A stretch of DNA of 64,000 nt from Dehalococcoidia bacterium (GTDB taxonomy: Bacteria > Chloroflexota > Dehalococcoidia > Lucifugimonadales > JAGWBF01). The notes beneath the pieces were generated by a model. The model was not told the DNA's origin. It saw only the letters and a program-made list of their open reading frames with translations, and made no database searches. Positions 55,738-64,000 of this stretch are shown piece by piece (positions within the stretch are counted from its first letter, which is position 1; the number at the start of each line of letters is the position of its first letter). Both the position numbers and the translations under genes were made by a program. Location of the stretch: the NCBI GenBank assembly GCA_965207935.1, contig CBDBNM010000002.1, positions 845,692-909,691 of the forward strand. Reading direction: 5' to 3'.

Positions 55738-56312
55738 GCATCGACTCCGCCATCATCACCTGGCTGAACCAGTGGGTGGGCAAGTGGGGTGTGCTGGACA
55801 AAGCCGCCGAACTGGTGGTCAGCGACTACCTCATACCCACCCTCCTGTCCCTGGCCCTCATGTCCACCTGGTTCCTGGCCAGGGACGCATTGGACCGGGC
55901 GGCCAACCAGAAGGGGGTGCTGGTAGCCCTGCTGGGGGTGTGCATCTCCAACCTGACGGTCCTGATAATCAACCAGTTCTACTTCCGGGACCGGCCCTTC
56001 GTGGACCATGACCTGCAGCTGCTCTTCTACCAGCCCACCGACTCATCCTTCCCGGCCAATCCGGCGGCCGTCGCCTTTGCCATAGCCTTCGGTGTGTTCC
56101 TGTACAACCGGGCTCTGGGCGTTGCCCTGGGAGGGCTGGCATCCTTGTGGGTGTTGTCCCGGATGTACTCCGGGGTGTTCTACCTGTCCGACGGCCTTGC
56201 GGGCGCCGCCATCGGGGTGTGCATCACCTACGTCTTCTCCGTGCTCATGCGCCTCATAGAACCCCTGCCCACCACGGTCCTCAGCGTCATGCGCCGCTTC
56301 CACCTAGCGTAG
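55722..56312 (+). CDS. PAP2-superfamily membrane protein with degenerate catalytic motifs
   Basis: The C1-like FRDRP, C2-like SFPANP and C3-like SRMYSGVFYLSD blocks are spaced as in PAP2. The canonical Lys and both His residues are absent. Confidence 0.65.
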   Translation: MEALLSIDSAIITWLNQWVGKWGVLDKAAELVVSDYLIPTLLSLALMSTWFLARDALDRAANQKGVLVALLGVCISNLTVLIINQFYFRDRPFVDHDLQLLFYQPTDSSFPANPAAVAFAIAFGVFLYNRALGVALGGLASLWVLSRMYSGVFYLSDGLAGAAIGVCITYVFSVLMRLIEPLPTTVLSVMRRFHLA

Positions 56313-56318
56313 GGGAAT

Positions 56319-56357
56319 ACCTGCCGGTCATACGTCCCTTGAACTGCACCGGCAGGT
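56319..56357 (+). terminator. Perfect 10-bp hairpin after the PAP2 gene
   Basis: ACCTGCCGGT (56319-56328) pairs with ACCGGCAGGT (56348-56357) around a 19-nt loop. No U-tract follows. Confidence 0.4.
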
Positions 56358-56372
56358 AAGCAATGGCAGCCT

Positions 56373-56483
56373 GTCCCCTCGCCCTTGATGGGAGAGGGTT
56401 GGGGTGAGGGTGATCGCCCCCCATACCCGATGCCCTATTTTCTCCCCCTCATCCTAACCTTCTCCCTCCAGGGGAGAAGGGAC
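56373..56483. repeat. Inverted pair of 41-bp REP-like hairpin elements
   Basis: 56373-56413 is about 78% identical (32/41, aligned by hand) to the reverse complement of 56443-56483. Each copy has its own stem (CCCTCGCCC..GGGAGAGGG and CCTTCTCC..GGAGAAGG). Confidence 0.65.
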
Positions 56484-56505
56484 TGCCCCCTCTGTCAACA
56501 AGCCC

Positions 56506-59455
56506 ATGAGACCCCCCAGGGCCTATGCTATGATGAGTCCAGCTATGCCCCACCAGACCGAACCCAACGTCAACGTAGCCCTGGGCAACCTGCTTCAAGC
56601 CATGATGCCCAAGAGCCTAATCCTGTCCGAAAACACCCAAACCATAGTTGGCTCAAAGGGGAAGCGCCCCGACATCCTGATCACCGCTCCCGGACGCTCC
56701 CCGGTTGTGATCGAGGCAGAGTACATGCCGGCGGCCACCGTTGAGAAGGAAGCTAATGAACGCCTGGGGTTAGAGGTGGCGTCCAATCCGCGCATCATCG
56801 AAGCCTCCATAGCTCTCAGATACCCAGAGGCCATCGGCAATGCCCATGACCTGGCATCCGCCCTATCGTCCGCCCAGCTCTCCTACTCTGTTTTCACAGA
56901 GGGATCCAAGGATGTGGGTCGCTTTCCCGAGTCTGGCTGGCTGGACGGATCCGTCGAGGATTTAGCGGACATGGTACGCCTGGTTTCCGTCCCCCAGAGG
57001 GCAGTGGACCAGGCGACCAACATCCTGCAGGAAGGCATCGAAAGCGCCGCCAAGCTGTTGGATGAGCTGAAGGAGGCCAAGCCCGGCATCACAGCGTCCA
57101 TAGCCCGCCTCCTGGGAATGATCGATGTGCCCCAGACCCGGCGCATGGCCTGCGCCATCATCGCCAACGCCCTGGTCTTCCATGAGCGCATAGTCGGTAT
57201 GCATCCCGAGGTCGAATCCCTGGCCAAGGTGTGCGGCGACGATGTTCCCAATCCCCAAGGGAGGGTGCTGGCCTCTTGGGGTGACATACTGAAGATCAAC
57301 TACTGGTCCATCTTCGCCATCGCCAGGGACATCCTGCAGCAACTGCCATCAGGAGATGCAGCATCCATCCTGCGGGAACTGAGGGACACCGCCCAGTCCG
57401 TCGATGCGACGGATGTGGACAACGCCCACGACCTGACGGGGCGGGTATTCCAGAGGCTCATCGCCGATCGCATACCTGGCAACCTTTTACACCCTCCCCG
57501 CCTCAGCCGCACTGCTGGCCCGGCTGGCCGTCGCCAAGATAGAGGGCGTGGACTGGGCCGACCTGGAGTCTGTCCGAAAGCTGCGCATCGCCGACTTTGC
57601 CTGTGGCACGGGGGCGCTACTGTCGGCGGTCTACGAGCAGGTAGCAGCCCGCCATGAACGGGCCGGCGGAGATTCTGCTGCCCTTCACAAGGTGATGATG
57701 GAAGAGGTTCTGTACGGCTGTGACGTCATGCCCTCGGCCGTCCACATCACCGGCTCGACCCTGTCGGGAATGGAGCCGTCGGTGCTCTTCCAGAACTCCC
57801 ACCTGTACACCATGCCCTACGGGAAGCAGAAAGATGGGAGTGTAAAGATTGGCTCCCTGGAGCTGCTCCAGTCCTCCAGTGTGCTCACGCTATTCAACAC
57901 CAGTGATCCCGCCCTTAGCACGGGCAGCACAGGAGAGGAGACGGCTGCCCAAATCCTCGCCGACATACCCGACGAGAGCTACGACCTCGTGATTATGAAT
58001 CCGCCGTTTACCAGGTCGGGGTCGGATTGGGAGGGGAGCGAAAGGGCCGAAGACTACATCAAGCAGTTTAGAGGGCTGAGTACCGAATTAGTCACCCAGA
58101 AAGAGATGGCGAAGAGTCTTGGCCTGTACACAAAGGACACTTGCTATCACGGTTATGCTGGAATCGCATCTGCGTTTGCGGCCCTAACTCACAAGAAGCT
58201 TAAACCGGGTGGCGTCGTCGCCCTGGTTTTGCCTTTATCCGCTGCCAGTGGTGTCTCGTGGGAAGGGGTAAGAAAGGTGCTCGTCAAACACTATGCCGGC
58301 TTGGAAGTTTTGAGCATTGCGTCGAATGGCTACCGCATGTCGTTCTCATCGGATACGGGGATGGCAGAGTGCTTGTTGATTGGCCGCAAGCTAAGGCCAG
58401 ACGAAGCAACTCACGACGAGGTGCACTTTACATCGCTCAGGCGTAGGCCCCCAGATTTCGAGCATGCAAGCTCGATGGCTAGCAAGATACAGAACGAAGG
58501 GCAGGTCAGACGAATTGAGGATGGGCCATATGGGGGGACCCACTTGGCAGTGGGAGAGGAATTGGCGGGAGAAAGGATAGTATCTCCCCGAGAACCACAT
58601 GGGGGGAACTGGGGACCAGTGCGGATGGGTGACTACTCACTCGCGCAAACCGCCTACGCTTTGTCTAAGTCCAGGCTATGGCTTCCAGGTGAAGGGAACT
58701 TTCGAGAAATCAAGGTACTGCCACTAGGCGACGTAGGTAAGCGTGGCTCGTATCACATCAACATCGCTGGTTCCACCGGGCCGTTTATCAAGGCCCCACC
58801 TAGCCCAACAGCAACTTACCCCGCTTTATGGAACCACAGCGCGCAACAGGAAACTAGAATGGTCTGTATTCCTGACTGCCAGTTGCTGGTCAGGCAAGGA
58901 ATGGAAGATAAGGCCAACGCTGTTTGGGCTTCCGCCAGCCGCACCCACCTGAATCTTGACTACACCTTTGGATCGCAAGCCCTGGCCATCGCTTTTACCG
59001 ACCTGGAGTCTATCGGCGGAAGAGTATGGCCTAACGTCATCTTCTCGGACAACAAGTACGATTACGCTTTCTCGGTATGGGGGAATTCCACTCTAGGCTT
59101 ACTACTGTACTGGTGGCACTCGAGTCGTCAGCAATCTAGCAAGGCAAGCGTCACCATTACCACCGCGGAGTCACTACCTGTGTTGGACTTTCGCGCTCTC
59201 ACAGATGCGCAGCTGCTCGTGGCCGAGACTATCTTCGAGGAGTTTCGGGACAAGGAGTTAATGCCTGCTTACCTAGCCGACGCTGACCCAAACCGCGCTT
59301 TGCTGGACCGGAGGGTGGTCTGTGACCTCCTGGGCTTCGATGAAGACACCTACAGGGCTGTTCGCCGCCTATCCGCCAAGTGGTGTGCCGAACCCTCGGT
59401 CCACGGCGGTAAGTCCCGCCCCAAGAACGCCAAGCTGGTCATATCGCCTCCGTAG
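56506..59455 (+). pseudogene. Fused HsdR_N-like / gamma-class N6-adenine DNA methyltransferase / C-terminal TRD-like protein, interrupted by a frameshift near 57472
   Basis: Frame 1 ends with ...GRVFQRLIADR. Frame 2, open from 57437, continues YLATFYTLPASAALLARL (motif X), ADFACGTGALL (motif I) and VIMNPPF (motif IV). N-terminal KRPDILITAPGRSPVVIEAEY. The start codon is uncertain (56506, 56530 or 56545). Confidence 0.75.
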
Positions 59456-59525
59456 TTCGATCACGGTGGGAGTGGTCGATTGGCCACTCCAAGTTAAGCC
59501 ATTCAGCAGGTAGTAGGAGGGAGAG

Positions 59526-60893
59526 TTGGCAGACCTCCGGGAGTTCCTCAAGTCTGAGGCAATGAGGGACGTAATCAGCATCCTAGACACCGCTTTCTTG
59601 AGCGGTAATGAGCTACATGCTGGGTTCAGAGGGATGCAGGTAGCCAACAGGGCGCTGATAGCTCACATTGGGATTGAAAGGGGTCTCAAGGATGGGTTGG
59701 AAAAGGCTGGTTTGTCATACCCCAGGAATGCTCGTGAGGGACACGATCTACCCCATTTGTATGGACTCACCAAGCAGATAGATGGCGGGAATTGGTCAGC
59801 AGTTCTTGCGGAAGCGTTTGACGATGCAGTTGCGTTCTACGAGTATGACCTAGAACTGGTTCCTCATGTCGCTACACTGGAAAAGTATTTCGAAGCTACA
59901 GGTACTAGCCAAGACTTTATGCAGATGAGGTACTGGCTCGAAGATAGCTCCTCAATCGACGACTCATCGAGCCCCGCGCCTCTTGTTATGCTCCATCTTC
60001 ACAAGGAAATACTTGAGGCACTGTGGCCTCTGTTCGCATATGACCAGAAGCGCCTCGTGTCAATGAGGGTCGAGAACGTCGTAGCTAACGCAGTAATGTA
60101 CGTTCTCGGGTACGCCGAAGGAACCCCCGAAGAGCAAGCCTCTAAGGAGTTACAGCAATGGCTGAAAACCAAACCCAGCTTTAGGCACGCACTTAAGGAA
60201 GCTGTGCAAAACGGCTACATAGTGGCGGGTGTTGGCGAGCTTGGGGGACAGAAGCTCCAACAGGCATTCGAAAGTTTAAGAGCGCAAAGTAGCACTTCAC
60301 CCTATCGTTCCCCGTCAGCGGATCCTGCGGTTGCTTTCTACGTTACCACCTGTTTAGACCTGCCAGCAGGTTACCAGCCTAAATACCCAGATGCCCAAGT
60401 GTCGATTAGATGGCTTCACGAGAGCCAAATCATCGCAGAAGTGCTTTCTCCTGCCGGAGAGCCTCTAGGGCACATACGGAAGCATATCAATAGCAGATGG
60501 TTCGGCGCCCCATACATAAAGCAAGCTATCTTCAACAAGGATTTCGAGGACGTTAAACGCTTGATGGTCGACCAGCAATGCGAGCCGGTAATCGTAACTC
60601 CGGAGGGACAAGCAGCGAAGAAGTTGTACGTCTACTCGGCCGACCACTCCTTTTCATCCATCGGAGTGCGAACGTACTCAGGTTGGTCATCCGACCCAGA
60701 CTGTCCTCAAGAGTTCGAGGTCAGGTTCTGGGACTTGAACCACTATCTGATGTCGGGTCAGCCAGTAAAAATCACTTCAAAGCTCGGAGAAGAGTCGCCG
60801 TATAGGATGCGTCTTGATGGTACCGTGTCTAAGGTGGCAGCTCACAAGGTGTGGATTTCTGGAAGGGGAATGTTCGACCTAGCTGAGAAGTAA
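59526..60893 (+). CDS. Protein with an N-terminal HEPN-like domain and an uncharacterised C-terminal region
   Basis: TTG start 5 nt after AGGAGG. AHIGIERGLKDGLEKAGLSYPRNAREGHDLPHLY resembles the HEPN helix pair with RNx4H (Rx4-6H). The remaining roughly 330 aa match no family I recognise. The gene looks lower in GC by eye. Confidence 0.7.
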   Translation: MADLREFLKSEAMRDVISILDTAFLSGNELHAGFRGMQVANRALIAHIGIERGLKDGLEKAGLSYPRNAREGHDLPHLYGLTKQIDGGNWSAVLAEAFDDAVAFYEYDLELVPHVATLEKYFEATGTSQDFMQMRYWLEDSSSIDDSSSPAPLVMLHLHKEILEALWPLFAYDQKRLVSMRVENVVANAVMYVLGYAEGTPEEQASKELQQWLKTKPSFRHALKEAVQNGYIVAGVGELGGQKLQQAFESLRAQSSTSPYRSPSADPAVAFYVTTCLDLPAGYQPKYPDAQVSIRWLHESQIIAEVLSPAGEPLGHIRKHINSRWFGAPYIKQAIFNKDFEDVKRLMVDQQCEPVIVTPEGQAAKKLYVYSADHSFSSIGVRTYSGWSSDPDCPQEFEVRFWDLNHYLMSGQPVKITSKLGEESPYRMRLDGTVSKVAAHKVWISGRGMFDLAEK

Positions 60894-60975
60894 CTCCTCT
60901 CTCATGTGCCGAGCACACTCGTCATAGCACCCCCCCATAGGCCTTGCCCCTACCCCTGCCCGTCTCCGCCTCCTT

Positions 60976-61037
60976 CCGGGAGAAAGCCGGTATCCAGTCC
61001 GACGTAGTTCTGGATTGCGGCCTCCGCCGCAATGACG
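60976..61037. repeat. REP-like structured repeat (GIQ / RRND type)
   Basis: ATCCAG (60992-60997) pairs with CTGGAT (61010-61015), and TTGCGGC (61015-61021) pairs with GCCGCAA (61026-61032). Its translation (KAGIQS..LDCGLRRNDD) resembles a widespread non-coding repeat family. Confidence 0.55.
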
Positions 61038-61081
61038 ATGGTGCGGTAAGGTCTCCCGACAGTGGCGAAGGGACGAAGGAC

Positions 61082-61525
61082 TTATTTGCGGGCGGCGACC
61101 GACTCCTTCAGGCAGTTGAAGAAGTTGTCCATCATGCGCTGGTTCACGGTGCCCAGCAGCCTTTGGCCCACCCTGGCGATGGTCCCGCCCACCTGGGCGT
61201 CGCCGTCCACCTGGATGGTGGTCTTGTTCCCGTTCTCCAATAAGGAGATGAGGGCCTCGCCCTGGACAAATCCCGGCGAGCCTCGCCCTTCCACCCTTAG
61301 CTTGTAGGATGTGGGCGGGGCTTGGTCAGCCAGGGTTATCTTCGCCTTGTAGGACGCCTTGATGGAGCCTACGCCCACGTTCAGAGACGCTTCGTACTGG
61401 TCGTCTCCCAGGGGGGTCAGCGCCTGGCAGCCAGGCATGCACCCGGCAATGACCTCCGGGTCCAGGATGGTGTCCCAGACCTTGGCGACCTGCGCATCAA
61501 AGGTGTAGCTGCTCTTCACTTGCAT
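61082..61525 (-). CDS. SRPBCC / CoxG-family protein
   Basis: MQVKSSYTFDAQVAKVWDTILDPEVIAGCMPGCQAL...GSIKASYKAKITL follows the typical CoxG pattern. The track ORF adds 11 aa upstream. Confidence 0.78.
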   Translation of the reverse strand: MQVKSSYTFDAQVAKVWDTILDPEVIAGCMPGCQALTPLGDDQYEASLNVGVGSIKASYKAKITLADQAPPTSYKLRVEGRGSPGFVQGEALISLLENGNKTTIQVDGDAQVGGTIARVGQRLLGTVNQRMMDNFFNCLKESVAARK

Positions 61526-61585
61526 GTGTAGGGGACCCCTTATCTCATAGCTGGGCAAAGTATAGCATCAAGGTAGGGATTTTGG

Positions 61586-61614
61586 TTGCTAGCCTAGCCG
61601 TCATGCCCTAACAT
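61586..61614 (+). promoter_or_regulatory. Candidate sigma70-like promoter of leuS
   Basis: TTGCTA (61586-61591), 17 nt, then TAACAT (61609-61614), about 55 nt upstream of the leuS ATG. Confidence 0.3.
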
Positions 61615-61669
61615 GTACCCTGCGTTGAGACTGGGACGGAACACGGCCCCGGTACCGGAGTGATTTTGC

Positions 61670-64000
<2,331 letters not shown>

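Noticed and set aside
56385-56744. Track ORF of 119 aa beginning MMGEGWGEGDRPPYP.
   Set aside because: Its 5' part is simply the translation of the REP-like inverted repeats. Its 3' part is out of frame with the methyltransferase N-terminus, which has the convincing motifs.
60944-61243. Track ORF of 99 aa containing KAGIQSDVVLDCGLRRNDD.
   Set aside because: It is the translation of a REP-like structured repeat, followed by antisense sequence of the coxG-like gene. It is not a credible protein.
61610-61619. AACATGTACC, a 10-nt match to half of the ICE operator GGTACAACATGTACC, next to the leuS promoter.
   Set aside because: It is a single half-site without the dyad partner. A 10-mer match somewhere in 128 kb of two-strand sequence is roughly a 1-in-10 event, so I treat it as chance.
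61559-61669. Possible T-box leader upstream of leuS, suggested by the GGTACCG string resembling the T-box core.
   Set aside because: Only about 110 nt are available, and there is no Stem I, specifier loop or terminator/antiterminator pair. The string is part of a simple CCGGTACCGG palindrome. A plain promoter plus SD explains the region better.

Overview
High-GC bacterial chromosome segment. The YYY-domain (TIGR03662-like) giant membrane protein and an 11-subunit nuoABCDHIJKLMN operon suggest Chloroflexota. All family calls come from reading the translations and recalling family motifs; no searches were run, and GC statements are by eye. The window has three parts. (1) Positions 1 to about 18.5 kb are the right-hand portion of an integrated conjugative element (ICE). 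It carries a regulatory module with repeated operators, a monoderm-type T4SS (VirB6-like, two VirB2-like small proteins, a PrgI/VirB3-like fusion, VirB4, a VirD4-like coupling protein), a replication-relaxation protein, a DUF3800 cargo gene, an ImmA/XRE pair facing a Cro-like HTH gene set, vapBC, and a terminal large serine recombinase. (2) Positions 18.5-56.3 kb are core chromosome: DUF1015, an LLM oxidoreductase, the YYY protein, gap, eno, an amidase with a small GatC/AtzG-like partner, the nuo operon with two embedded small ORFs, a PaREP1 islet, an aminotransferase, thrC, PAC2, two RidA genes, MBL, F420/LLM, an amidohydrolase, rnhA, an MNT-like/XRE pair, sat, split EamA genes, comEA, ilvE, plsY and a degenerate PAP2. 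(3) Positions 56.3-61.0 kb are an islet flanked by REP-like repeats. It holds a roughly 980-codon gamma-class N6-adenine methyltransferase interrupted by a frameshift, with an HsdR_N-like N-terminus, followed by a 455-aa protein whose N-terminus looks HEPN-like. I consider this pair the best candidate for an undescribed defence module. The window ends with a coxG-like gene and the 5' part of leuS. No rRNA, tRNA or CRISPR array was seen. Many long antisense ORFs in the supplied track are high-GC shadow ORFs and are not called.
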